Source: Leucoraja erinacea (Eukaryota). From it: DNA of 64,000 bases. Numbering within the stretch: the first letter of the stretch is position 1; every line of letters starts with the position of its first letter. Position numbers and translations under genes: made by a program. The notes beneath the pieces were generated by a model, which saw nothing but the letters and a program-made list of their open reading frames with translations, was not told where the DNA came from and did no database searches. The stretch is taken from the NCBI RefSeq assembly GCF_028641065.1, contig NC_073395.1, positions 34,038,001-34,102,000 of the forward strand. Reading direction: 5' to 3'. Below, one piece after another: positions 21,005 to 34,330 of this stretch.

Positions 21005-24000
21005 AAAATAGTAAGATTAAACGAGCTTACCAGTTTCAAGTTTGATCTTTATTTTATGAGGAGTTACGTCGAGGGATTACATGAAGACCCCGCCAGCACG
21101 CATGCGCGACATTCTTCAATGCAGCAGTGTGAAATCACAGACAGTAGATGAAATAAACATAGTAAGATAAGAGGAACGAGAATACCAGTTGACCTTTATG
21201 ATAGAGGGTGGGCGTATAGGGCACGTAATCCCTCGACGTAACTCCTCATAAAATGAAGATCAAATTTCAAACTGGTAAATTCTCGTTTAATCTTACTATT
21301 TTACTTCGGAGTCACGTGAGTGACTACGCGAAGATTTTAAAGATCTGTGATTTCAGGCCATGGAACGAGTCCATGCTTCACTCACTGCCGTAGTTGACCA
21401 AGGGAGGAAGTATGTTATCGCATTCAAACATGAATCAGAAATTCAAACAATAATGAATTTATTTTAACAAAATAATAATGATCCCCTTCATTTGGGATAA
21501 ATCAAATTACAGAATTTAAAATTGTTTCTGCAAATATCGCAGGTTTGGTAATCGGTTTATTGTAAAAAAAAGTTGGAAGGTCTTCTCCCTAGACCATCCT
21601 GCTGTAGCCAGGATATGGTCGATTGGCACTTCCATATCTCTTGCTGCCGATGTTGCTGCAGCCCTGGTGGAATTAGATTTGAAAGTATCAGTATCCACCC
21701 CAGCAGCTCCCAAAACCTGTCTGAGCCATCTAGAGATGGTCTGCACCGATACCCTGTTATGAGGCTGATCCATAATCCCAATTCTCTGCCTCTAATGTTT
21801 TTAGTGGTCTCTAAATATTGCAAAAGGAGTGTCATAACACACAATCGGGTATCTGTAGGGTATGCCCGAAATTCCAAATTAAGGCCTGATGACCCTGTTT
21901 TGCTTTACCAACTCCAAGATACGAAAATGTATCTTGTTTGTTGAAATTACCATGTTATCCAGTCTCAGTTTGTGTAGGGACTGGACCTTTTGAGCTGAAA
22001 CCAGAGCCATCAGCATGACTGTTTTAAGAGCCAGCTTCTCCAGGGACAGGCACATTGCTGGTGACCAAACCCTGAGCAACGTTAAAACAACATCGACATC
22101 CCAAATCTGGGAATACCAGCAAATAGGGCACTTCTGGCGCAGTTGATAGCACTATAGCTGAGACCTTCATCGAAATGAAGGCTAACCAGGAATTCTAGGA
22201 CATTGTTGACAGTGGCTGAGTTGTACGATATATCAGTCCTTGTGCAATATATCTCCCATTTCCTGATATATGAGAGGTATTGCTTCTTCATTGATTCCCG
22301 GTAACCCGCCGTGAACATGTTCATTGGTCTATCTGCCAACCCCAGATCCAGGAGTGGTCTCTTTAAATTTTGCAAATCTACAGATTGATCCTGTCATGGC
22401 ATGGGTAACTCTCGCCTGTTACAGGATGGACCAACAGATCTGGTCGTTTGGTGATGGACATACATGGTTCCGAGACCATGTCGAGAACCCCAAGGAACCA
22501 TGGCTGAGTAGGCCAATCGGGTACCACCAAAATACCTGACGCAGAGTCTAATTGTATTTTGCGTAGAACCCGACTGATGAGGCAGAAGGGGGGAAAAGCA
22601 TAGAAAAACAATTTTCCCCAGTCCAGCGAGCAAGCGTCCATCGCTGCTGCCCCAGGGTCTGGTTCCCAAGCGACATATGTTGGCAACTGGTGATTTAGTC
22701 TAGATGCAAAGAGATCGATATCTGGTTTTCCACATCACGTTACAATATCAGCAAATACTATGTGGTCCAACATCCATTCAGTGTTGTCATTTTATTTTCG
22801 TGACCTGGTGTCTGCCACTGTATTGAGTTTACCTGGTAGGTAAGTCGCTGATAGCCAAATATTTATTTTGATACACCATTGCCAGATTGTATTAGCCAGA
22901 TTGTCACACGATATCGATTTAATTCCACCCATATGATTAATATATGCCACTACTGTGGTATTATCAATTTGTAGGCGGACATGCAGATGGTGCATTGTTG
23001 AGCAGTATGCTTTTAGCCAATAAAACGCACCCAACATCTCTAAATAGTTTATACCTAGTGTTTGCAGTAGAGATGATTAATGTGTATTCCATCTACCACC
23101 ACTACTGGATATGGTATTTGTAGCACCCCAGCTGTGAGCGCTGGCATCAGTTTGTAATATAAATGATGGGTTACTGATAAGGATGGGGCTCGAGCTATGC
23201 CAAATGTTTTGCCTCCACCATTGTAACTCCAAAATTGCTTTTGCTGGTAATTGCATTGGTCGGTCAAAATGACCAGCATGTTGTTTTAGTGCTTGCACCT
23301 TGGCCCTTTGTAAATTTTGATAATGCAAAGGTCCAAACTGTGGAGCTGGAAATGCAGCTACAAGTTTCCCAATTACCCTTGCTACCTGTTAAATAGATGT
23401 TTGACTGATGACAACCAGGTTGTTGCAGGCCTCCACTAAGTCTGCTGCTTTGTTCTTTGGCAATGTTACAGACATGTGGATAGAGTCAATGGTGAACCCC
23501 AGATAATTCATAGTTGTGGATGGCGTCAACTTAGATTTATCTGGATGGATCATAAAACCCAGTTTTTCAAACACTAGTTTGGTAGCTGAAACAGCTGATT
23601 TAGCTAGTTCCAGGGTTTTCCCCACAATTAATATATCATCAAGATAGGCCATAACAATAAGTTTTTGTTTCCGGAGAAGTGCTGGTTTTAATATCTTGGT
23701 AAATAGTCTTGGGGCTGATGTTAACTCATTAGGCAATGCCATATTCTGCCAGAGCTGCCCCATCCAGTTAAACTTTAGGTATCGGCGATGATCCTTCTAT
23801 ATAGGTACCGAATAGTATGCATCTTTTAGATCGTTGCAAGGCATGAAGTAACCTTCGGAAACCTATTGCTTGGCAGTAACAAATGTTTCCATTTTGAAAA
23901 GAATATACTTTACAAAAGTATTCAGTTTTGTCAAATCAATGATGACACGGCATCCACCATCTTTTTTGGTTTTTGTAAATATGTTGGATACAAATTCTAG

Positions 24001-25757
24001 AGAGTCATGTTCTGATCTCTCTATTACTCCTATAGCATATAGCCTCCCCAGCTCTGCATGACCTTCCAGTTTTTCCTGTTGTGAAAGCACAAACTCTCAG
24101 CTAGGCGCATGTTGAACTGGGGGAATGTCTTTAGGAATGAACAATTTCATATCCCTGAATACTTTGTAGTATATAAGGGTCAGTAGTAATAGACCTCAAT
24201 TCCTTCCAAAACAGGTGTAACCTACCCCCAGTTAGTACAGAACTTACACCCTTTATGATCTGGAAGGAACCAGACCCACCTACCTCCATGGTTACCGGTG
24301 TAGTATTCACTTCTTCTGTTTCTGCCTCTTCTACCGAAGAGGCGCCAGAGTGCGGGGTTGGCGCATCTTCCATGAGGGTCGCTCTGGGTCCTGGCCTAAA
24401 AAAGTCCTCCGTGGTTGTCGTGCGGCCCTCATGCTTTCACTAGCGTCCTGGTGTTGTTGCCTGCTGGTGGATGCATTGGGGTGCTGCCTTTTGGGATATG
24501 TGGTCTTGCTTGTAGATGACGCCTTCATGAGCCTGACGGCTTTAGCCTCTTCGTCGAGCTCTTTGACCTGCTTGGATAAATTACCTCTAAATAGTAGTAT
24601 TTGCGGTTGTGTCGTGGCATCTTGCACAGCCCAGCAAATTTGGGGTTCAACGCAGGTCTAATCGCGCTCTTCCTCAGGCAATTCATTTCAAATTGCATGT
24701 TACAGAGCAGCGCCAGAGTGTCTTGTTGAGTCTCCGTCATCTCCATTCCATCCACGGAACGAGCAAATGCCGTTATACCCGGTTAGAAGTTTTAATATCT
24801 TCTGCATCTTCACCTCCTGGGTTCTGATGCCGGCTCCAATGTACCCCCAGATAGCACTATTCACTGCAGGGACATTTAATGAGACACAGTTCTCAGGAGC
24901 CATGTATTTCGCTGTTGTCTCATTGACTACCTGTTCCTGTAATTGATTAAAGGACAGGTAGTCGATGCTGGCTGCCAGCTTTGGTTGTAACGGCTGTCCC
25001 GTTTGCGCTGGCACCGCAAACTTCGTGACCACCCCAAGCAGCTTCTGTGGATCCTGCACCCCCAGCACACAGCCGGTTTCTTCAGCCATACCACCTTCTT
25101 CGGAGTCAGCCCAGCCCTGGCTCGTAATGCTCCCCTCTGTCGAGGGAGATGCATTATACAGCCCTGGGTAAGGTGCTGTAATGGGTGTCCTAAGACTCCC
25201 ATGATGACCATACGCCATGTCACGGAGCATGTCACGTTGGAGCATTTGCTCCATCAATCGCTGCAAGCGGGAAATGCGGTCACCTCCACTGCTCCCCGGC
25301 AGCGAGTCTTCCTGGCCCGACTCATCCGAGTCAACCGGTCGGACCGACTTCTGCTTTGCTTTTCCACCAGTCCGCTGCACTGGTTTGGGCTGTGCAGCTC
25401 GTGCTGCTGGTCCCAGCTGAGCGGGTGTCATGTCGGTGACTACGGACCGCAATGATTGCGGTCCAGGTGCCGCCGGTCGCTGTTGACTGCTGGAACTTTT
25501 GCGGTCCCCCGCAGCCAGTCGAGACGCAACCCGTTTTGATTTCTTGCCCTTGTCCATAGTTTTCTGAAACAGAGAAACACAAGGGCAAAATACACAACCT
25601 CAGAATAGTAAACTTACCTGCAGGTCCCGTTTTTAATCCTTGCCGCTGCAGGAGAACTCTTCACCTCGCCTGTCACGGCGCAATGCGTTAGACGATATGT
25701 CGTGCATGCATGCTGGCGGGGTCTTCACGTAGTCACTCATGTGACTCCGAAGTAAAA
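21005..25757 (-). mobile_element. DIRS1-type tyrosine-recombinase retrotransposon, full length and decayed
   Basis: gag-like ORF (24331-25557), RT (MAYLDDIL), RNase H (TDAS..WGA, DNTT), methyltransferase-like domain (YAFPPF), tyrosine recombinase (RPLL...STRAAA..W..TF), inverted termini and an internal complementary region. Confidence 0.95.
21222..21334. repeat. DIRS internal complementary region (ICR)
   Basis: First part is the reverse complement of 21005-21082; second part is the reverse complement of 25722-25757. Confidence 0.92.
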
Positions 25758-25797
25758 CAGGCCTTTTTTTGGCTAAGAAACCTAATCCATATGCATG

Positions 25798-25937
25798 GGG
25801 TGGGAGATTGCAACCTTCACATGGTCCGCCCTGTTTCGACTAATGCAAACAACCTGGTGTGCACAATCAAATAAGATCAAATAGAACAAGTTGGCCTATA
25901 ACTTTAGGCTATGCACGCCATATGCAAGAAGAAGAAC
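25798..25937 (+). mobile_element. Short retroposon 3' end with (GAA)n tail
   Basis: A second copy lies in reverse orientation at 54895-54980; family not identified. Confidence 0.6.
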
Positions 25938-27082
25938 CATATGCATGTCGTGGAGAATGCCTGGAAGGAGGGAGAGGCACACCTGACTGATGATGGCTGG
26001 AGCCAGTTCATTGATGTATGTCTCTTTGTAGCAGACAGTATTGCATTCCTAGCACATTGCCAGATCTACAAGTGTTGCCAGACACATGGTTTCTACCAAG
26101 GTATGAGTAAAGTCAGACTTATCTGCCTGGCAAACATTCCTTCCAAAAACATGTAACTAATTTTTACAGGAGAAAACTCATTATTCTAATATTGTTGGCC
26201 TCATTCAAAAGGCTATATTTTGTATCATGCTTCCTAGACAAATGAATGCAGACATGGAAGAAGCATGCAAAATATTTGAAAATAGTTATGTTATCTTAAA
26301 TATTGTTAGTAATATTATTATAAAACCTCTTATACATTGAATGAGGAAGCCCGGTATGTTAACTTGGATATGTACAGCAGATGTAGGAGAAATTATCAGT
26401 GTAAATGACAGGAAATTAGTTAAAAATATAAATAGCATTTGGATCCTGTTTTAATATAATTAATTCAATCCGTGGAAAATCTCATACACATGTTACCTGC
26501 CCAGAAATCTGTACAAATGAATCTTTACTCTTTGTATAGCTTCTGTACTTCACCAGCAAATTCAGCAATAAGGCTTTGCATTTAAAGCAGTAAATATGCC
26601 TTGCTTGGTATTTCTATACCTATTCACATTTTGACCCAACTTTTTTTCCTTTTCTGATTTCTCCTGTTCTCCAATCTTGGTTAAGTCAACTTCCCAAAAG
26701 GCTTGATTATGTGTTGAAACAATTTTTCTCTTTTAGCTCCCTTACTTTCCCAGTAATATTACGTGCCATGTCCACTTGCTTCCCTTCAAGATTTTTTTTT
26801 TCTAGTTCCTGAAGTCTTCCCAATTATTTATCTGCATAATTTTGTACCAACAAGAATTTAACCTTACTTCTGTGTCACATAGAAACATAGAAAATAGGTG
26901 CAGGAGGAGGCCATTTTGCACTTCGAGCCAGCACCGCCATTCATAATGATTATGGCTGATCATCCCCTATCAATAACCAGTGCCTGCCTTCTCCCCATAT
27001 CCCTTGACTCCACTAGCCCCTAGAGCTCTATCTAACTCTCTTAAATCCATCCAGTGATTTGGCCTACACTGCCCTCTGTGGC

Positions 27083-27612
27083 GATGGAGGGGGCAGTTCT
27101 GATGGGAAAGGGGATGCTGTTCCACAGCCTAGGTGCTGCAACCACAAAGGCACGGTCACCCCGGAGCTTATGCCTAGACCGTGGGATATTCAGCAACCCC
27201 AAGTCGGCTGATCTGTGGGGCCTGGAGGTGGAGTGGAGGGTGAGAAGACTTTTTATGTAGGTGGGGGCAAGCCCATTGAGAGCTTTGTAGACATGGAGGA
27301 GTATTTTGAAGTTTATACGGAACCGCACAGGGAGCCAGTAGAGAGAGGCCAGGATCGGGGTGAGGTGGTCCCTTTTTCGGGTGCCCGTCAAGAGTCTTGC
27401 TGCGGCGTTTTGGACCAGTTGCAGGCGGGACAGTGAAGATTGGCTGATGCTAGTGTAAAGGGAGATGCAGTAATCTAGGTGGGAGGAGATGAATGTGTGG
27501 ATGATCTTTTCCAGGTCATCAAACTGGAGAATTTTTTTAATTTTAGCTATCTTCCAAAGCTGAAAGAAGCTAGCTTTTACCACGGCATTGATTTGTTTGT
27601 CAAATTTCAGTG
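27083..27612 (-). mobile_element. L2-clade LINE ORF2 C-terminal segment
   Basis: LDYC.SL...RLQLVQNAAARLL...HLTPILASL.WLPV.FRI.FKIL...RAF..AAPRLWNS. Confidence 0.9.
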
Positions 27613-28610
27613 CTTTTAGTCCTTTTATAATTTTATATGTTTCTATAAGATAACCCCTCATCCTTCTAAACTCTAGTGAATACAAGCCTAGTCTTTTCAA
27701 TCCTTTCCCATATGACAGTCCCGCCATCCCCGGGATCAATCTCGTGAATCTACGCTGCACTGTCTCAATCACAAGGATGTCCTTCCTCAAATTAGGAGAC
27801 CAAAACTGTACACAATACTCCAAATGTGGTTTCATCAGAGCCCTATAGAACTGCAGAAGAACCTCTACTCCTATACTGAAATCCTCTTGTTATGAAGGCC
27901 ACCATTCCATTAGCTTTCTTCACTGCCTGCTGTACGTGCACGCCAACTTTCAGTGACCGGTGTACAAGGACACCCAGGTCTCGCTGCACCTCCCCCTTAC
28001 CTAACCTAACCCCATTGAGATAATAATCTGTCCCCTTGTTTTTGCCGCCAAAGTGGATAACCTCACATTTATCTATTATACTGCATCTGCCACGCATCTG
28101 CCCACTCACTCAACCTGACAAGTCACCCTTCAACCTCCTAACATCCTCTTCACAGTTCACACTGCCACCCAGCTTTGTGTCATATGCAAACTTGCTTATG
28201 TTGCTCCTAATTCCCACTTCCAAATCATTAATATATATGGTAAACAATTGCGGCCCCAACACCAAGCCTTGCGGCACTCCACTCGCCACTGCCTGCCATT
28301 CTGAAAAGGACCCATTCTCTCCTACTCTTTGCTTCTGGTCTGCCAATCAATTTTCTATCCATGTCAACACCCTACCCCCAATACCATGTGCTTTAATTTT
28401 AGTCACCAGTCTCCTGTGCGGGACCTTATCAAAGGCTGTCTGAAAGTCTAGATACACCACATCACTGGCACCCCTTCATCCATTTTACTTGTCGCATCCT
28501 CAAAAAATTCCAGAAGATTAATCAAGCATGATTTCCCTTTCATAAATCCATGTTGACTTGGACTAATCCTTTTACTGCTATCCAAATGCCCCATTATTAC
28601 TTCCGGAGTC

Positions 28611-28840
28611 CCCTGTCCCACTTAGGAAACCTGAATGGAAACCTCTGGAGACTTTGTGCCCCACCCAAGGTTTCTGTGCGGTTCCCTGAGGTTCCCAGAG
28701 GTTTTTGCCAGTCTCCCTACCTGCTTCCACTACCTGCAACCTCCGGCAACCACGTGCAACCTCAGGGAACCGCACGGAAATCTTGGGTGGGGCGCAAAGT
28801 CTCCAGAGGTTTCCGTTCAGGTTTCCTAAGTGGGACAGGG
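28611..28840. mobile_element. Palindromic (fold-back) MITE with CTGTCCCACTT termini
   Basis: ~90-bp near-perfect inverted arms. Confidence 0.85.
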
Positions 28841-29995
28841 AATTAGTGAAGACAGATCCGAAGTACCTATTCAACTCTTCTGCCATTTCCTTGTTGCCCA
28901 TAATAATTTCACCCGTGTCTGCCTTCAAGGGAGCCACATTTGACTTTGCTACTCTTTTCCCCTTAACATATCTAAAGAAGCTTTTACTGTCCTTCTTTAT
29001 ATTGCTGGCAAGCTTCCCTTCATCTTTTCAGCCCGTATTGCCCGTTTTGTTTCCTTCTGTTGTCCGATGAAAGTTTCTCAATCCTCTGGCTTCCGGCTAC
29101 TCTCTGCTGTGTTATACATCTTTTCTTTTAGTTTTATTCTATCCCTAACTTCTCTTGTCAGCCACGGTTGCCTCCTACTCCCCTTAGAATCTTTCTTCCT
29201 TTTTGGAATGAAATGATCCTGCGTCTTCCGGATTATGCCCAGAAATTCCTGCCATTGCTGTTCCACTGTCATTCCTGCTAGTATCCCTTTCCAGTCTACC
29301 TTGGCCAGCTCCCCTCTCATGCCTTCATAGTCCCCTTTGTTCAACTGCATCACTGCCACTTCCGATTTAACTTTCTCCTTCTCAAATTGCAGATTAAAAC
29401 TAATCATATTATGATCACTACCTCCAAGCGGTTCCTTTACCTCTAGTTCGCTTATCATGTCTGGTTCATTGGACAACATTAAATCCAGAATTGCCTTTTC
29501 TCTGGTCGGCTCCATTACTAGCTGCTCTAAGAATCCATCTCGGAGGCATTCTACAAACTCTCTTCCTTGGGGTCCTGAACCAACCTGCATATTGAAATCC
29601 CCCATCACCACATTGGCATTACCTTTGTTACATGCCAGTGTTAACTCCTGCTGCAACTTACACCCTACATCCCGGCTACTATTTGGGGGTCTGTAGATAA
29701 CACCAAATAGTGTCTTCTTGCCTTTACAATTCCTCAACTCAATCCACAGTGAATCTACCTTGTCAGTCCCTATGTCTTCCCTCGCAAGGGACTGAATTCC
29801 ATCCCTCACCAGCAGAGCTACACCCCCCTCCCCTCCTCTGCCCACCTGCCTGTCCTTTCAATAGGATGTATAACCCTGAATATTAAGTTCCCAGGCCCGA
29901 TCCTCCTGCAGCCACGTCTCAGTAATCCCCACAATGTCATATCTACAAACCTGTAACTGAGCCTCAAGCTCATCTACTTTACTTCATGATCTACT

Positions 29996-30075
29996 TTCAG
30001 ATTCAGATTCAGATTCAGATTCAATTTAATTGTCATTGTCAGTGTACAGTACAGAGACAACGAAATGCATTTGGA
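29996..30075 (-). mobile_element. LINE/SINE 3' tip with (CTGAAT)n tail
   Basis: (ttcaga)n followed by tttaattgtcatt...aacgaaat; a similar tip sits at 10720-10795 inside the L1. Confidence 0.55.
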
Positions 30076-30714
30076 GACAACGACAACTTTTTTGATTCTC
30101 TTTCAATAACTAAGTTATACCATTATCCCTGATTCCCTTTTTAAAAAGGCAGGAATGTCTTGAGATATAACATCCTGAATGGTGAAGCCTGGGAAATGAT
30201 GTGAATACAGGTGGTGGAGGGTGGGCGGGGATGGATTTGGCAGGAGGGTGGTCAATCAGCAGAGATGAAATTAAAAAAGGTTTTAAGATAGAGTAGGGAA
30301 AGGGGAGGTAGGGTAGGGGGAGAAAAGGGTGCGCTTTTGGGTGGAGCACAAGGAAGAGATGGGGGAGGGTGGGGAGACTGGTGTGGGGGTGAGAGCTTGG
30401 AATGTTACCGGAAATTGGAGAATTCAATGTTCATTCTGTGTTGGAAAGAACTGCAGATGCTGGTTTAATGGAAGAGGTGGAGACCATTCCATGGCATTAA
30501 TGTTTGGACAGTTTTGCAGTCCATTCTACCCTTGGGAGAGTAAAAGAACGAGCTTCTAAGAGAATCGAAGGTGGAAGGGGGGCACCAGTCCTACCAGGCA
30601 TTAAATTTTGGTTTTAGCCTCATTCTACCCTTTGGGCTTCTACGCTATCCTAACTTAGTTGTGTATGTTAGTTGCCTGTGCGTGATGTGTGTGTGTTAGC
30701 TGTCTGCGCATTAT

Positions 30715-30935
30715 GTGTGTGTGGGAGAGAAGGGAGGGAGGGAGAGAAGGGAGTAAGGAGAGAAGGGAGTGAGGGAAGTAGAGAAAGAAGGGGGGAGGGA
30801 TGGAGAGAAAGAAGGGAGGGAGAGAAGGAGACAAGGGAAAAGAGATAGAGGAAGGAGGGAGGGAAGGAGAGAAGAGAGGGAGTGAAGAAGGGAAGGGAAG
30901 GATAGAAGGGGAGGAGAGAAGGGAGGGAGAGGGCC
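30715..30935. repeat. Polypurine (GA-rich) low-complexity tract
   Basis: Almost pure A/G for ~210 bp. Confidence 0.9.
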
Positions 30936-31039
30936 GGCGGCAGGAGCGGATGCTGACGGACGGGTGTGAGCTGAATCCGAGGTTTGTAACCGAGGTTGAA
31001 AAGGGCCACTTTTCAACATAATTGTATAAGGGGTAAGAG

Positions 31040-33775
31040 TGTTGTAAAAACAAGCCTGAAGGCTTTGTGTCTCAATGCAAGGTGGATGAGTTGAATGTGC
31101 AGATAGCTATTAATGACTATGATATAGTTGGGATCACGGAGACATGGCTCCAGGGTGACCAAGGCTGGGAGCTGAACATCCAGGGATATTCAATATTCAG
31201 GAGGGATAGACAGAAAGGAAAAGGAGGTGGGGAAGCGTTGCTGGTTAGAGAGGAGATTAACACAGTAGAAAGGAAGGACATTAGCTTGGAGGATGTGGAA
31301 TCGATATGGGTAGAGTTGCGAAACACTAAGGGGCAGAAAACGCTAGTGGGAGTTGTGTACAGGCCACCTAACAGTAGTAGTGGAGTTGGGGATGGCATCA
31401 AACAGGAAATTAGAAATGCGTGCAACAAAGGTAAAACAGTTATAATGTGTGACTTCAATCTACATATAGATTGGGTGAATCAAATTGGCAGGGGTGCTGA
31501 GGAAGAGGATTTCTTGGAATGTATGCGGGATAGTTTTCTAAACCAACATGTAGAGGAGCCAACGAGAGAGTAAGCTATTCTAGACTGGGTATTGAGTAAT
31601 GAGGAAGGGTTAGTTAGCAGTCTTGGAGTGACCGTAAAATGGTTGAGTTCTTCATTAGGATGGAGAGCGACATAATTAATTCAGAAACAAGGGTTCTGAA
31701 ATTAAAGGAAGGTAACTTTGAGGGTATGAGACGTGAACTGGCCAAGATAGACTGGTAATTGATTCTTAAAGGGTAGACGGTGGATGTGCAATGGAAGGCA
31801 TTTAAAGACTGCATGGATGAACTACAACAATTGTTCATCCCAGTTTGGCAAAAGAATAAATCAGGGAAAGTAGTGCATCCGTGGATAACAAGGGAAATCA
31901 GGGCTAGTATATAAACAAAAGATGAAGCATACAAATTAGCCAGAAAAAATCAGCCTACCAGAGGACTGGGAGAAATTCAGAGTCCAGCAGAGGAGGACAA
32001 AGGGCTTAAGGGATGGGAAAATAGATTATGAAAGAAAACTGGCAGGGAACATAAAAACTGACGATAAAAGTTTTTATAGATATGTGAAGAGAAAAAGATT
32101 TGTTAAAACAAATGCTGGTCCCTTGCAGTCAGAAACAGGTGAATTGATCATGGGGAACAAGGACATGGCAAACCATTTTAATAACTACTTTGCTTCAGTC
32201 TTCACTAAGGAAGACATAAATAATCTGCCGGAAATAGCAGGGGACCGGGGGTCAAATGAGATGGAGGAACTGAGTGAAATCCAGGTTAGCCGGGAAGTGG
32301 TGTTAGGTAAATTGAATAGATTAAAGGCCGATAAATCCCCAGGGCCTGATAGACTGCATCCGAGAGTACTTAAGAAAGTAGCCCCAGAAATAGTGGATGC
32401 ATTAGTAATAATTTTTCAAAACTCTTTAGATTCTGGAGTAGTTCCTGAGGATTGGAGGGTAGCTAATGTAACCCCACTTTTTAAAAAGGGAGGGAGAGAG
32501 AAAACGGGGAATTACAGACCAGTTAATCTAAAATCGGTAGTGGGGAAACTGCTAGAGTCAGTTATTAAAGATGGGATAGCACCACATTTGGAAAGTGGTG
32601 AAATCATTGGACAAAGTCAGCATGGATTTATGAAAGGTAAATCATGTCTGACGAATCTTATAGAATTTTTCGAGGATGTAACTAGTCGAGTGGATAAGGG
32701 AGAACCAGTGGATGTGTTATATCTGGACTTTTAGAAGACTTTCGACATGGTCCCACATAAGAGATTAGTATACAAACTTAAATTGGGGGTTCAGTATTGA
32801 TGTGGATAGAGACCTGGCTGGCAGACAGGAAGCAAAGAGTAGGAGTAAACGGGTCCTTTTCAGAATGGCAGGCAGTGACTAGTGGGGTACCGCAAGGCTC
32901 AGTGCTGGGACCCCAGCTATTTACAATATATATTAATTATTTGGACGAGGCAATTGAATGCAACATCTCCAGGTTTGTGGATGAAACAAAGCTGGGGGGC
33001 AGTGTTAGCTGTGAGGAGGATGCTAGGAGGCTGCAAGGTGACTTGGATAGGCTGGGTGAGTGGGCAAATGCATGGCAGATGCAGTATAATGTGGATAAAT
33101 GTGAGGCTATCCACTTTGGTGGCAAAAACAGGAAAGTAGACTATTATCTTAATGGTGGCCGATTAGGAAAAGGGGAGATGCAACGAGTCCTGGGTGTCAT
33201 GGTACACCAGTCATTGAAAGGTGCAGCAGGCAGTGAAGAAAGCAAATGGTATGTTTGCATTCATAGCAAAAGGATTTGAGTATAGGAGCAGGGAGGTTCT
33301 ACTGCAGTTGTACAGGGTCTTGGTGAGACCACACCTGGAGTACTGCGTACAGTTTTGGTCTCCTAATCTGAGGAAAGAAATTCTTGCCATAGAGGGAGTA
33401 CAGAGAAGGTTCACCAGATTCCTGGGATGTCAGGACTTTCATATGAAGAAAGACTGGATAGACTCGGCTTGTACTCGCTAGAATTTAAAAGATTGAGGGG
33501 GGATCTTGTAAAAACTTACAAAATTCTTAAGGGTTTGGACAGGCTAGATGCAGGAAGATTGTTCCCGATGTTGGGGAAGTCCAGAACAAGGGGTCACAGT
33601 TTAAGGATAAGGGGGAAATCTTTTAGGACTGAGATGAGAAAAACAATTTTCACACAGAGTGGTGAATCTGTGTAATTCTCTCCCACAGAAGGTAATTGAG
33701 ACCACAGTTCATTGGCTATATCTAAGATGGAGTTAGATGTGGCCCTTATGGCTAAAGGGATCAGGAGAGAGGGCA
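31040..33775 (+). mobile_element. CR1 LINE, near-full ORF2, decayed
   Basis: GITETWL, YRPPN, KSPGPD, NYRPV, QHGF, SGVPQGSVLGP; stops and frameshifts. Confidence 0.94.
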
Positions 33776-33984
33776 GGTGAGGGGAATGAGGGAATTACGC
33801 ACCTCCCCCTTTTCCATTCCCCCTCACACCCCCTCCCCGTCTATCCTTTTCTTCCCCCTCTACTCTCTCTCCAACTCTCTCTCCCCCCTCCAACCGGGGT
33901 AGATCTACCTGAGCCAAGGGTAGATTACTCTGGCGTGGGGCCCAATTGGGAGCAATTTGTCCAATTGGCTTAAGGTCGGCCCTG

Positions 33985-34330
33985 AGATCAGATCAGTGTG
34001 TTCATATACCATGGAATATATATACACACACATAAATAAACAGATAAAATGCAATAGGCTGTTATAGTTCAGCCTCTGAAGTCAGCCTCTGTGACTGTGA
34101 CCGAAATACCATCACGGCGAATGGGGGCTCGGGAAGGCAGATCAGTGTTCATCCTGTCAAAGCGTGCGTAGAACGCATTCTCATCAGGGAGTGATGCTTT
34201 GCTGACATTTGAGCTGCCTCCTGTTTTCGCCTTGTCGGAGGTGATTGCATTCAAGCCCCGGCACAGTTGCCGTACGTCCGTCTCATCCTTCAGCTTGGAG
34301 CAGAAGTCCCTTTTGGCCTTTTTGACATAT
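33985..34330 (-). mobile_element. Rex1/Babar-like LINE fragment
   Basis: KKAKRDF..KL...D.RQL..GL.AIT...LPDE.AFYARFD...VTEAD. Confidence 0.7.

Larger units (their letters stand above)
26878..29985 (-). mobile_element. CR1 LINE, interrupted by an L2 segment and a palindromic MITE
   Basis: EN and RT motifs (YRPPN, GDFN, SDH, SGVPQG.VLGP, PHLEYCVQFWSP) and a (CTATGTTT)n tail. Confidence 0.93.

Noticed and set aside
22378-22750. Adenine methyltransferase-like motif suggesting bacterial or phage DNA
   Set aside because: This domain is a known component of DIRS1 pol.
30655-31053. Pro/Ser/Leu-rich ORFs
   Set aside because: Translation of a polypurine tract.
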